Below, piece after piece: positions 1-7,168 of a stretch of DNA of 13,233 nt (position 1 is its first letter; each line of letters starts with the position of its first letter). A program made the translations under genes and the position numbers. This stretch comes from an uncultured bacterium. Lineage in GTDB: Bacteria > Patescibacteriota > Minisyncoccia > UBA6257 > 2-01-FULL-56-20. The stretch spans positions 1 through 13,233 of the forward strand of contig CAWJQC010000005.1 in NCBI GenBank assembly GCA_963844965.1, read 5' to 3'. The notes under the pieces are model-generated. The model worked only from the letters and a program-made list of their open reading frames with translations, did no database searches and had not been told where the DNA came from.

Positions 1-1
1 A

Positions 2-1261
2 ACGAAAGAGGAATTGGAAAAATACTTGAAGCTTGTTGAAGAAGCGCAAAAACGCGACCACAGAAAACTGGGTAAACGTCTTGACTTGTTTACTTTTTCA
101 GATATGGTCGGCAGCGGTCTCCCGCTTTGGACACCGAGAGGAGCTCTGGTCCGGGGATTGTTGAATGAATATGTAGAATCGCTACAAGCAAAAGCCGGAT
201 ATACCCAAGTTTGGACGCCGCAGATCGCGAAAGCGGAACTTTTCAAAACATCCGGCCACTACGATAAATACCGGGAAAGCATGTTCCGCGTAAAATCAAA
301 TTACTCCGACGAGGAATTCTTTCTGAAACCCATGAATTGCCCCCAGCACACGCAGTTCTATGCAAGCCAGCCGCGGAGCTACCGCGACTTGCCGCTGCGT
401 TATACCGACTTCGCGATGCTCTACCGCGACGAAAAACCCGGCGAACTGAATGGCCTCGCGCGCGTCAGATCGTTCTCCCAGGATGACTGCCATATTTTCT
501 GCCGCGAAGACCAGGTTGACGAGGAAATTGACGTAGCGCTCGCCATGATAAAGGAAATTATAGGAACTTTCGGCCTCAAGTATCGCTATCGCCTTTCAAC
601 AAGCGACAAGGCGCATCGGGAAAAATATATAGGCGATCCGAAAACGTGGGACAAGCTGGAAAAGTGGGCGGAGGAAATTATGAAACGCAACGGCATTGAA
701 TACTTTGACGGCCCCGGCGAGGCGGCCTTCTACGGACCGAAAATGGACCTCATGGCAACGGATGCTCTTAGCAGGGAGTGGCAGCTCTCAACCGTGCAAA
801 TTGACTTTTTCCTGCCGGAGAGGTTCGGGTTATCGTACATTGACAAGGGAGGAAAAGAAAAACGGCCAGTTATGATCCACCGCGCGATATTGGGCTCGCC
901 CGAACGTTTCATCATGGTGCTTCTGGAGCACTTGGCCGGCGCGCTCCCGCTTTGGCTCGCGCCCACTCAGGCGGAGATCATAAACGTCGGTTCAGACCAA
1001 AGAAAATATGCGGCTAGTATCCACAAACAACTCTCCGACGCCGGCCTGCGCGCGAACCTGAGCGACGAAAATCTTACCGTCGGCAAACGCATCCGCGAAG
1101 CGGAACTTATGAAAATTCCTTACATCCTCGTCGTCGGCGAAAAAGAAGAAAAAAACGGGACGGTTAACGTCCGTCATTATCGCCGCGGGCAGGAGGGAGA
1201 AGTTAAAAGCGAAAAGCTGATTGAAAAGATCAAAAAAGAAATAGAGGATAAGGTCATATAA
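2..1261 (+). CDS. thrS: Threonyl-tRNA synthetase, 5'-truncated by the window edge (catalytic class II core plus anticodon-binding domain)
   Basis: The open frame runs from position 2 with no start codon in the window. The translation contains RDHRKLGKRLDLF, class-II motifs (FRVRSFSQDD.HIF, GPKMD) and a C-terminal anticodon-binding domain (ILVVGEKEE..GTVNVR). TAA stop at 1259-1261. The TTG at 14 in the ORF track is internal, not the true start. Confidence 0.9.
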   Translation, partial: TKEELEKYLKLVEEAQKRDHRKLGKRLDLFTFSDMVGSGLPLWTPRGALVRGLLNEYVESLQAKAGYTQVWTPQIAKAELFKTSGHYDKYRESMFRVKSNYSDEEFFLKPMNCPQHTQFYASQPRSYRDLPLRYTDFAMLYRDEKPGELNGLARVRSFSQDDCHIFCREDQVDEEIDVALAMIKEIIGTFGLKYRYRLSTSDKAHREKYIGDPKTWDKLEKWAEEIMKRNGIEYFDGPGEAAFYGPKMDLMATDALSREWQLSTVQIDFFLPERFGLSYIDKGGKEKRPVMIHRAILGSPERFIMVLLEHLAGALPLWLAPTQAEIINVGSDQRKYAASIHKQLSDAGLRANLSDENLTVGKRIREAELMKIPYILVVGEKEEKNGTVNVRHYRRGQEGEVKSEKLIEKIKKEIEDKVI

Positions 1262-1269
1262 ATTGATTT

Positions 1270-1295
1270 GGGCTCCCCGCGAAAGCAGGGAGCCC
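1270..1295. terminator. GC hairpin immediately after the thrS stop (GGGCTCCC-10 nt loop-GGGAGCCC)
   Basis: Perfect 8-bp inverted repeat at 1270-1277 and 1288-1295, starting 9 nt after the thrS TAA. The following T-tract is weak (ttgaatt), so this may be a weak or bidirectional terminator. Confidence 0.45.
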
Positions 1296-1302
1296 TTGAA
1301 TT

Positions 1303-1354
1303 GGGAGGGGTCGGCGACCGAGCTTAAAGCCCTTCCGCCGACCGCAGACCTCCC
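1303..1354. repeat. Long composite GC-rich stem-loop (GGGAGG-GGTCGGCG ... CGCCGACC-gcaga-CCTCCC)
   Basis: A 6-bp plus 8-bp nested inverted repeat seen directly in the sequence. It lies between the thrS stop and the stop of the minus-strand small gene and forms a second structured element in the convergent junction. Confidence 0.4.
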
Positions 1355-1367
1355 ACTTGATACACAA

Positions 1368-1751
1368 TCACTTAGGCGGCAGAAGTTCTGCCACCGGCCG
1401 GGATAAGGGCTGACCGGCGGAGTTGGTCATCCTTGCAAACCAAAGCCCCCTCTTCCCGTTCCAGCGAAACCCGTCAATGACCGCCCTACCGGACCCGTGC
1501 CGACCCTTGCGGTAGCGGACCGTTGTCCCCTTCCGGATGACGAACTGCTTGTCATCGCTAGGAGGTGGTTCATCGAAATGCGGGCCAGACACTGAATCTC
1601 CGTTTCCGTTTTCTTCCTCCGCAGAGGGGACGGCGAAAATCTCACGCGGGCTCATCCCCACTGACCGACCAAACCGGAGCCAGATGCAAATGAATCCAGC
1701 CAGGATCACAAGGAACGCGATTAAAAAAAACATGGGTGGTACGTTTGGCAT
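1368..1751 (-). CDS. Small membrane-anchored protein, 127 aa (N-terminal TM helix, acidic linker, basic Gly/Arg-rich C-terminus), function unknown
   Basis: ATG at 1751 is preceded by GGAGGT (1763..1758) with a 6-nt spacer. A consensus promoter lies upstream. The N-terminus MPNVPPMFFLIAFLVILAGFICIWL is a hydrophobic helix. TGA stop at 1368-1370 is followed on the minus strand by hairpins. I recognise no homolog. Confidence 0.6.
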   Translation of the reverse strand: MPNVPPMFFLIAFLVILAGFICIWLRFGRSVGMSPREIFAVPSAEEENGNGDSVSGPHFDEPPPSDDKQFVIRKGTTVRYRKGRHGSGRAVIDGFRWNGKRGLWFARMTNSAGQPLSRPVAELLPPK

Positions 1752-1800
1752 GCTCACACCTCCAGAATGGATTTCTCAATAATGCCAGACAACTGTCTCC

Positions 1801-1829
1801 ATTATATACTAACTAAAATAAAATGTCAA
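1801..1829 (-). promoter_or_regulatory. Perfect consensus sigma70 promoter TTGACA-N17-TATAAT on the minus strand, driving the 127-aa gene
   Basis: Minus-strand read: gggcTTGACAttttattttagttagtaTATAATgg. The -35 is at 1829..1824 and the -10 at 1806..1801, with a predicted TSS near 1793 and a 5'UTR of about 40 nt to the SD/ATG. Confidence 0.65.
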
Positions 1830-2014
1830 GCCCACATCCCCTGCCCAAAATAGTGGTCATAGTAGGCCCGACGGCAAGCGGCAAGAGTCGCTCCGACCAT
1901 TTTCTCGGAACCGCGGTCCTTCGGCTCCTGCGGCCAAAGTCCGCTGCTTCTCGGCGTCAAAACTTTTGCCCCGCAAAAGGCCAAACTTTTGACGCCTGCG
2001 AAAGCTTCCTCTAA
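1823..2014 (+). pseudogene. Relic of a MiaA N-terminus (P-loop PKIVVIVGPTASGKSR) without the rest of the enzyme; probably a decayed paralog fragment or leader ORF
   Basis: The first ~20 residues match the MiaA signature GPTASGKS and the true miaA N-terminus (PKIVAIIGPTASGKSK). Many codons differ at synonymous positions. Downstream of the P-loop the translation is unrelated to MiaA. It overlaps the -35 of the divergent promoter. Confidence 0.3.
1953..1996. promoter_or_regulatory. 10-bp-armed palindrome GGCGTCAAAA-N24-TTTTGACGCC with a nested 7-bp hairpin (CTTTTGC-ccc-GCAAAAG); the right arm carries the miaA -35
   Basis: Perfect inverted arms at 1953-1962 and 1987-1996, with an inner hairpin at 1963-1979. 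The direct repeat CAAA(A)CTTTTG occurs twice. Candidate operator or attenuator. Confidence 0.4.
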
Positions 2015-2017
2015 AAT
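1989..2017 (+). promoter_or_regulatory. miaA promoter TTGACG-N17-TAAAAT giving a nearly leaderless mRNA
   Basis: The -35 TTGACG is at 1989-1994 and the -10 TAAAAT at 2012-2017. The predicted TSS near 2024-2025 is only ~7 nt before the ATG at 2032. No SD is present. Confidence 0.5.
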
Positions 2018-2031
2018 AGTCCTCACTTGGA

Positions 2032-3027
2032 ATGATTAAAGCAATACGACCAAAGATCGTTGCAATTATAGGTCCAACTGCATCCGGCAAGAGCAAGCTA
2101 GCCATTAAGCTTGCACACAAATTCGGCGGTGAAATCGTCTCCGCCGATTCGCGCCAGATTTACCGCGGGATGGATATCGGGACTGCCAAGTTACCACTTG
2201 GCAAAATTCCCAATTTCCCCGCCTGCGCCGAGGCTTCGGCGGGCAGGCAATTTCCAATTTCCAAAATTCACCTTATTGACATCAAAAATCCCGACGAAAA
2301 TTATACCGCCGCCGATTACAAAAAGGATGCAATCGCCGCGATACGAAAAATTTTACGCAAGGGCAAACTCCCAATACTCGTAGGCGGCACGGGACTTTAC
2401 GTTAAAGCGGTCACGGATAATTTGGACATTCCCGCGGTCGTGGCCGACGAAAAACTCCGCCGTCGGTTGGAGTCGGAAGCGAAGAAACGCGGCTTGGACT
2501 TCTTGTTCAAAAAACTGGTCAAGCTTGATCCAGAAGCAGCTTATATCGTTGACCCCAAAAATCCGCGGCGCGTGATAAGAGCACTGGAGGTCACCATAAA
2601 AACCGGCAAGCCGTTTTCCGCACAACGAAGAAGGGGCGAGCCGCTTTTCGATTCGTTCATAATCGGCATTAAAACGCCGGGAGGTATGCTCAGTAAAAAA
2701 ATCAACGCGCGTGTGGACGAAATGATCAAAAACGATCTCGTGGGTGAAGCAGAAAATTTGCTGGAAAGATACGGACCAAGTCACAAAGCATTTGATTCCA
2801 TCGGCTACCGCGAGGTTATCCACTATCTGAACGGCGAGCTCGTGCTTGATGAGGCCGTGGAACTAATAAAGAAGAACACCAAAAACTACGCCAAGCGGCA
2901 AATGACGTGGTTCAGAAAAGACAAAAATATCCATTGGGTCGGCGGTGAAAAGGCGGCGTTCGAACTTACGAAAAAATTTCTGATTGGTCAGGGCAGCTGT
3001 AGCTTTTCGCGGAATAGGGTAAAATAA
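2032..3027 (+). CDS. miaA: tRNA dimethylallyltransferase (isopentenyl-tRNA transferase)
   Basis: P-loop IVAIIGPTASGKS, then ADSRQIYRGMDIGTAKLP, HLIDI and LVGGTGLYVKA. TAA stop at 3025-3027. It carries an extra ~13-residue insert between GTAK and HLIDI. Confidence 0.9.
   Translation: MIKAIRPKIVAIIGPTASGKSKLAIKLAHKFGGEIVSADSRQIYRGMDIGTAKLPLGKIPNFPACAEASAGRQFPISKIHLIDIKNPDENYTAADYKKDAIAAIRKILRKGKLPILVGGTGLYVKAVTDNLDIPAVVADEKLRRRLESEAKKRGLDFLFKKLVKLDPEAAYIVDPKNPRRVIRALEVTIKTGKPFSAQRRRGEPLFDSFIIGIKTPGGMLSKKINARVDEMIKNDLVGEAENLLERYGPSHKAFDSIGYREVIHYLNGELVLDEAVELIKKNTKNYAKRQMTWFRKDKNIHWVGGEKAAFELTKKFLIGQGSCSFSRNRVK
2203..2269 (+). repeat. In-frame mini-insert inside miaA: a GC hairpin (2221-2248) flanked by AAAATTCC/CAATTTCC direct repeats
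   Basis: GCCTGC-GCCGA-ggct-TCGGC-gg-GCAGGC forms a stem-loop. CAATTTCC-type repeats lie on both sides. It encodes LPLGKIPNFPACAEASAGRQFPISKIH, which is absent from typical MiaA between GTAKP and HxLIDI. Confidence 0.4.
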
Positions 3028-3031
3028 ATAC

Positions 3032-4064
3032 ATGGCCTCTGGTCGTTTTGAAATCCAATTCTTCGCGGGACTCCTGCTTTTGTCCGCCGCGCTCATGATT
3101 TTTGTTTTTTATCCATGTCTGAACGCGCTTGTCATCGCCATCGCGCTCGCCGTCATTTTCCATCCCATCTATGCGAGACTGCTACGTCTCATGCCGAAAT
3201 GGGAATGGCTTGCCGCCCTGATTACGGTCATGCTAACCATCGCAGTTATTCTCGTTCCGCTCACGATTTTCGGATTCAAAATCTTCGCGGAAGCACAGGC
3301 TCTTTACACGAGCTTTGCCTCGGGCGACAAAGGACCGCTCCTGGAATTTCTCCACGGCAAACTCGCGGAACTTACGCCCGGACTCAATCTAGACCTGACT
3401 CAATACACCCAGCAAATTCTTTCCGCACTGCTTGGAAACCTGGGATTCGATCTTCTCCAGGATCGTCGGCGTCTTCGGTACTTTCCTGCTGGCGCTTTTC
3501 GCTCTGTATTATCTCCTGAAAGACGGCTTGAAACTGAGAAGGGCAATGGTAAAGATCAGCCCGCTTTCGCCTGAGAATTCAGCCGAAATCGTAAATCGCC
3601 TTCAGACGATGACCGGTTCCGTAATTACGGGAACCGTCGCCATGGCTGTCATACACGGAATTCTCGTCGGCCTTGGATTTCTCTTGTTTGGACTTACAAA
3701 CCCGGTACTCTGGGGATTGGTTGCCGTCGTAGCGGCATTTATACCGATAATTGGAACAGCGCTGGTCGTCATCCCCGGAATATTCTGGCTTGTGCTCACA
3801 CAAAATCTCGCCGGAGCGATCGGTCTCGCGCTTTGGGGAATCCTTATGCTCGGGCTCATAGACAACATCCTCAGGCCGCGTTTAATCGAGCGCCGCTCAA
3901 AAGTCCACCCTCTTCTCGTTCTTCTTTCCGTCATCGGCGGCCTCGCGCTTTTCGGCCCGACCGGATTCCTTCTTGGGCCTCTCGTCTTGAGCTTGTTCCT
4001 TGTGCTTCTTGAAATCTATCCGGCGCTCATACTGAAACGCGGCGACAAAACACGGTCCGTCTAG
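3032..4064 (+). CDS. AI-2E family transporter / PerM-like (UPF0118) permease, with an apparent +1 frameshift near 3446
   Basis: Two overlapping ORFs (3032..3574 frame 2; 3432..4064 frame 0) together give a typical ~340-aa multi-TM AI-2E protein. Frame 1 ends its homology at ..LLGNLG. Frame 2 continues SIFSRIVGVFGTFLLALFALYYLLKDG, the family-conserved segment. Skipping one nucleotide after gga (3443-3445) joins them. TAG stop at 4062-4064. Tightly coupled to miaA (4 nt). Confidence 0.75.
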
Positions 4065-4234
4065 GCAAGTCCATCTTCCCAGACCTAAACAGGCGCCAAG
4101 CGAGCGGAAAACAACAAAAAATGCGTATGGTAAAATAGTAATAGACCCCCCACACCAAACGAGAAGTTTCCCGAATACCGAACGCCGCTTCTCGTTTGAT
4201 ATGAGGGTAAAGGTCGTGAAAAAAATATTTATAT

Positions 4235-4507
4235 ATGGCCAAACAAGTCATTAAGCGCGGGGGGAAACGCGAGCCATTCCGGGCCGAGAAGCTGAGGAAG
4301 TCTGTTCGCGCCGCCTGCAGGGACACCCACATGTCGCCGGTCTGCATAAAAAAGGTAGTAACAAAAGTTGCCGGCCCGGTTCTGCGGTTTGCCGCGAAGC
4401 GGAAGGTGGTCAGGGTAGCGGTGCTCCGGAAAAAAGTTCTCGCCGGACTACGCAAGACGGAACCGGCAGCGGCAAAGGCCTGGCTGCGTTACGAGAGACG
4501 GCACTAA
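4235..4507 (+). CDS. Stand-alone ATP-cone domain protein (90 aa)
   Basis: VIKRGGKREPFRAEKLRKSVRAAC ... AKAWLRYERRH matches the ATP-cone consensus VIKRDGR.EPFD..KI ... Y..YRE.R, the NrdR/RNR N-terminal regulatory domain. No catalytic domain is attached and no SD is present. Confidence 0.75.
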   Translation: MAKQVIKRGGKREPFRAEKLRKSVRAACRDTHMSPVCIKKVVTKVAGPVLRFAAKRKVVRVAVLRKKVLAGLRKTEPAAAKAWLRYERRH

Positions 4508-4557
4508 GCCCAAAAGTGGGGGCAGGTAGTTTCTCTGTGGGTTTGTTTTTCATATTT

Positions 4558-4597
4558 AAAAACAGCGGCTTAGATGAGCCGCTGTTTTGTTCTTTTT
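4558..4597. terminator. Bidirectional rho-independent terminator between the ATP-cone gene (+) and the M29 peptidase gene (-)
   Basis: AAAACAGCGGC-ttagatga-GCCGCTGTTTT is an 11-bp stem. A T-run (ttgttcttttt) follows on the plus strand. The A-run upstream (tttaaaaa) gives a U-tract for the minus-strand transcript. Confidence 0.7.
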
Positions 4598-4652
4598 CGG
4601 TGTTTCCGATGCAGGAGCAACCGATGCTTCAGTGAAGTGAAAAATTGTGCTC

Positions 4653-5870
4653 CTAAACCGTGAACTTACCGTCTTTGTAAATCACTTTCGCGCGGCCGCC
4701 TTTAAGATATGCCGTTATGGTTCTCGGAGCGGTGGAAATCAAATCCTCGTGGATGGCGGAATCATTGAAACCGAGCTTTGCCCAGCCGGATTTTCCGACT
4801 TTCGTCGGATTGCCGCTGTAACAGTTGTGGAACGAGGCTCCGACGGCGATGTGGGTGTTGCCGTTCGGGCCGCCGATATTTTCGTCATAAAGCGTCTCGG
4901 CCATGAACTTCGTTATCCTTGAAAATCTTTTATCCGTAAGCGAAAATTCGCCGACCTTATTCCCGCCGGGCACGCCGATCATCTGCTTCAGCAGTTTTTG
5001 ATTCCGCTTCGCTTTCGCTTCAACGACGACGCCTTTCCTGAATTTTAGCTCAATGCCGGTCATGAGATGGCCGTGCGTATATACTGGCTGATTGAATTTT
5101 ATCCATCCCTCGGTGCCGCGCCAATCCGGGGAAGTATATATCTCAAAGCTCGGCATATTCCGTCCGCCGCCGCCCTGCCAAAGCCGTCTCTCGCCAAGCG
5201 TAAGCCAAAGGTCCGCGTCCAAGCTGTTCACATAGAGTTTTTCAATATTCATACTGTTCAATCGCCGCCTGATAGCGCTGATCTGCCGTTCAACGCTCCG
5301 CCACTTGGCTATCGGATTTGAAGCATCCAAAAAGCACGCCTCTTCTATTTGACGCCAATACTCCGCTTCGCTCAATCCGGCTTCTTTCGCCATCGCCGGC
5401 GTCCCATAGAGAGCTATCGTCCAGGTGAACTTGCCGAGATTTTCTTTTTCGTCACGCCAGTCCCTGAATGGCTTCATGGACCGGCTCCTCGCGACAATTT
5501 TCTTGGGGTCCACGCCTTTCAGCGCTTCCATATCCGTATCACTCGCAATAAAAATGTAGTGGTCAATCTGGTCAATCAAGCCGCGGAAATAACTGCTCGG
5601 GAAGAAATTTATTTGGCGCTCCTTGGCGTTCACGTAAAAGTCGCGACTGATGTTGAATTCGTGGTCGTTGTTCGGCTGATAACTGGAAATGGTGTGCCCG
5701 CCGACCCTCGTGATAGCCCTCAGAAGTTCAGCGTAGAGAGGTTTGGCGTATTCATAAGCAACGATATAGACAACTTCTCCCCTTCTCACGCCCCGGCCGC
5801 CGCCGAGCGCGAAATTGACAAGGACGTCAGCATACTTGCTTATAATTTTCCGGCTGGGTTTATAGGACAT
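4653..5870 (-). CDS. Aminopeptidase, MEROPS family M29 (AmpS/PepS/aminopeptidase T-like)
   Basis: 405 aa. N-terminal KYADVLVNFALG..GEVVYI and C-terminal ETLYDENIGGPNGNTHIAVGASF fit the M29 thermophilic metalloprotease pattern. TAG stop at 4653-4655. Confidence 0.75.
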   Translation of the reverse strand: MSYKPSRKIISKYADVLVNFALGGGRGVRRGEVVYIVAYEYAKPLYAELLRAITRVGGHTISSYQPNNDHEFNISRDFYVNAKERQINFFPSSYFRGLIDQIDHYIFIASDTDMEALKGVDPKKIVARSRSMKPFRDWRDEKENLGKFTWTIALYGTPAMAKEAGLSEAEYWRQIEEACFLDASNPIAKWRSVERQISAIRRRLNSMNIEKLYVNSLDADLWLTLGERRLWQGGGGRNMPSFEIYTSPDWRGTEGWIKFNQPVYTHGHLMTGIELKFRKGVVVEAKAKRNQKLLKQMIGVPGGNKVGEFSLTDKRFSRITKFMAETLYDENIGGPNGNTHIAVGASFHNCYSGNPTKVGKSGWAKLGFNDSAIHEDLISTAPRTITAYLKGGRAKVIYKDGKFTV

Positions 5871-5944
5871 GGGACTTGCCGTTAATTACCGAACGAAGCC
5901 GCTCATTAGCCGCCACCAAAATTACTTTCCAGAAGTTTCCTCGT

Positions 5945-6352
5945 TTACTTCAACAGCTCGGTTGTTTTCCCATCAAAATGCTCTCCTTCGTCGGCCTCGG
6001 CTTCTGCTTTCGTCTTGTGAATAACGGCGTCCTTGTGGTTCGGCGGGGAATAGACCGTGTAGAGCTTCATCGGCTCGGCCTTGGAGGTGTTTATTATGTT
6101 GTGCAACGCGCCGGCGGGAACGACGACGGCGAAGCCGTCGCTAATCGCGTGCTCAACACCGTCCAAAACCGCTTTCCCCTCGCCCGCCTCAACACGGATG
6201 AACTGGTCCAGGTGGTGGACTTCGGCGCCGATTTCCTCACCGGGCTTCAGGCTCATCACCACAAGTTGGCTATTTTTCGCCGTGTACAAAACCTGGCGGA
6301 AATACCCATTATCCAAAGACGCTTTTTCTATGTTTATTACGTATCCTTTCAT
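5945..6352 (-). CDS. Small cupin-domain protein (cupin_2-like), 135 aa
   Basis: Single cupin barrel with GEEIGAEVHHLDQFIRVEAGEG and VVVPAGALHNIINTS. TAA stop at 5945-5947. Confidence 0.65.
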   Translation of the reverse strand: MKGYVINIEKASLDNGYFRQVLYTAKNSQLVVMSLKPGEEIGAEVHHLDQFIRVEAGEGKAVLDGVEHAISDGFAVVVPAGALHNIINTSKAEPMKLYTVYSPPNHKDAVIHKTKAEAEADEGEHFDGKTTELLK

Positions 6353-6418
6353 TGTTTTAAAAAATTTGTAATTGTCGACCTTGCTATAATTTTATCATTT
6401 TCTTAAAAATCTCGCGAA

Positions 6419-7024
6419 TTATTTACATAAGCTTTTTATATCCCTCACTATTTCTGGAAAAGTTTCCTGCGTAAAATGTCCCCGGTTTTTGAATACCCTG
6501 ACGCGCGCGCGGGGCAACACTTTCCTGTATTTCTCAAAATCTGCAAATGGTACCTCGGGGTCGTTTACGCTGTGATAAAGAAAAATCTCGCCGCCTTGTT
6601 TTTCCAACAATTTAAGATTTTTCGGCAGAACGAAATCCGCGAGAGAATAATCTTGATCCCTGTCATCGTGCGACGCAGAAACCAAGAACGTTCCCCTTAT
6701 CTTTTTCGGAAACTTATTCTCGGACAAATATTTCGCCAGAAAAACCGCACCAAGCGAGTGGCCAACGAAAACAACGCCATTTTTTATATGAGGAATGAGT
6801 TTTTTGAACCAAATCTTCCATTCCAAGTACTTGGCGTTAGTTGGATTTGGCATCCTCGGCGCTACCACTTCAAATCCACTGCCAAGTTCCCTGCACAAAT
6901 TCTCTTTCCAGTCTGTTTTTCTAAGTTGCCTAATGTCAATCCTGCGGGCTTTCAGATAGGATATATATTCCTTATACGTACCGAATGTGCGCACCCCGTG
7001 GATTACGATTACCTGTTTCTTCAT
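6419..7024 (-). CDS. Serine hydrolase of the RBBP9/YdeN family (alpha/beta-hydrolase fold)
   Basis: N-terminal VIVIHG, nucleophile elbow GHSLGA, HDDRD, and a C-terminal GHF..E...I...KSL.K tail that parallels RBBP9/YdeN proteins. 201 aa. Confidence 0.7.
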   Translation of the reverse strand: MKKQVIVIHGVRTFGTYKEYISYLKARRIDIRQLRKTDWKENLCRELGSGFEVVAPRMPNPTNAKYLEWKIWFKKLIPHIKNGVVFVGHSLGAVFLAKYLSENKFPKKIRGTFLVSASHDDRDQDYSLADFVLPKNLKLLEKQGGEIFLYHSVNDPEVPFADFEKYRKVLPRARVRVFKNRGHFTQETFPEIVRDIKSLCK

Positions 7025-7101
7025 GTGTTGACTATTTCAAAAATTTTTCAAAAATTTCTTTGAGCACCGCTGGGTTGCCACGGCCCTTTAACTTCCCCGG
7101 A

Positions 7102-7150
7102 CAGTAGAACTGCGATCGGCCTTCGGCCATCACAAAATCGCAGTTCACTG
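7102..7150 (-). terminator. Long composite hairpin downstream of gatB (14-bp outer stem with a one-base bulge enclosing a GGCC-ttc-GGCC hairpin)
   Basis: CAGT(A)GAACTGCGAT ... ATCGCAGTTCACTG inverted repeat at 7102-7116 and 7137-7150, starting 19 nt past the gatB stop (7169). There is no clean U-tract, so this is a terminator or RNA-stability element. Confidence 0.35.
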
Positions 7151-7168
7151 CCGGGCAGGCATCGCTTT

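Noticed and set aside
1427-1782. ORFs 1427..1645 (-) and 1537..1782 (+) in the GC-rich island
   Set aside because: Alternative frames of the 127-aa gene region. Their translations are Gly/Ser/Arg-rich with no start signals and are a consequence of high GC.
1262-1800. Possible structured RNA gene (RNase P RNA, tmRNA, SRP RNA, 6S) in the GC-rich thrS-miaA spacer
   Set aside because: I could not find the conserved blocks of RNase P (GGAAAGUCCGG / ACAGAA.CCGGCUUA), tmRNA (tag ORF, GGUUCGAUUCC-type T-arm) or SRP (GGUGCUGUUUACC...) on either strand. A protein-coding ORF with promoter and SD explains the region better. An RNA element is still not excluded without an Rfam scan.
2353-2823. 156-aa minus-strand ORF inside miaA, and 10677..11177 minus-strand ORF inside the ParB/Gmk operon
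   Set aside because: Antisense shadows of conserved genes, with no start context or recognisable motifs.
4159-4193. CGAGAAG-21 nt-CTTCTCG inverted repeat upstream of the ATP-cone gene
   Set aside because: Short stem with a large loop in an AT-rich promoter region. It could be chance and there is no supporting context.
5349-7063. Plus-strand ORFs of 178, 176, 96 and 195 aa
   Set aside because: All lie antisense to the M29 peptidase, cupin and RBBP9-like hydrolase genes, whose translations carry clear family motifs. The antisense translations are low-complexity shadow ORFs.
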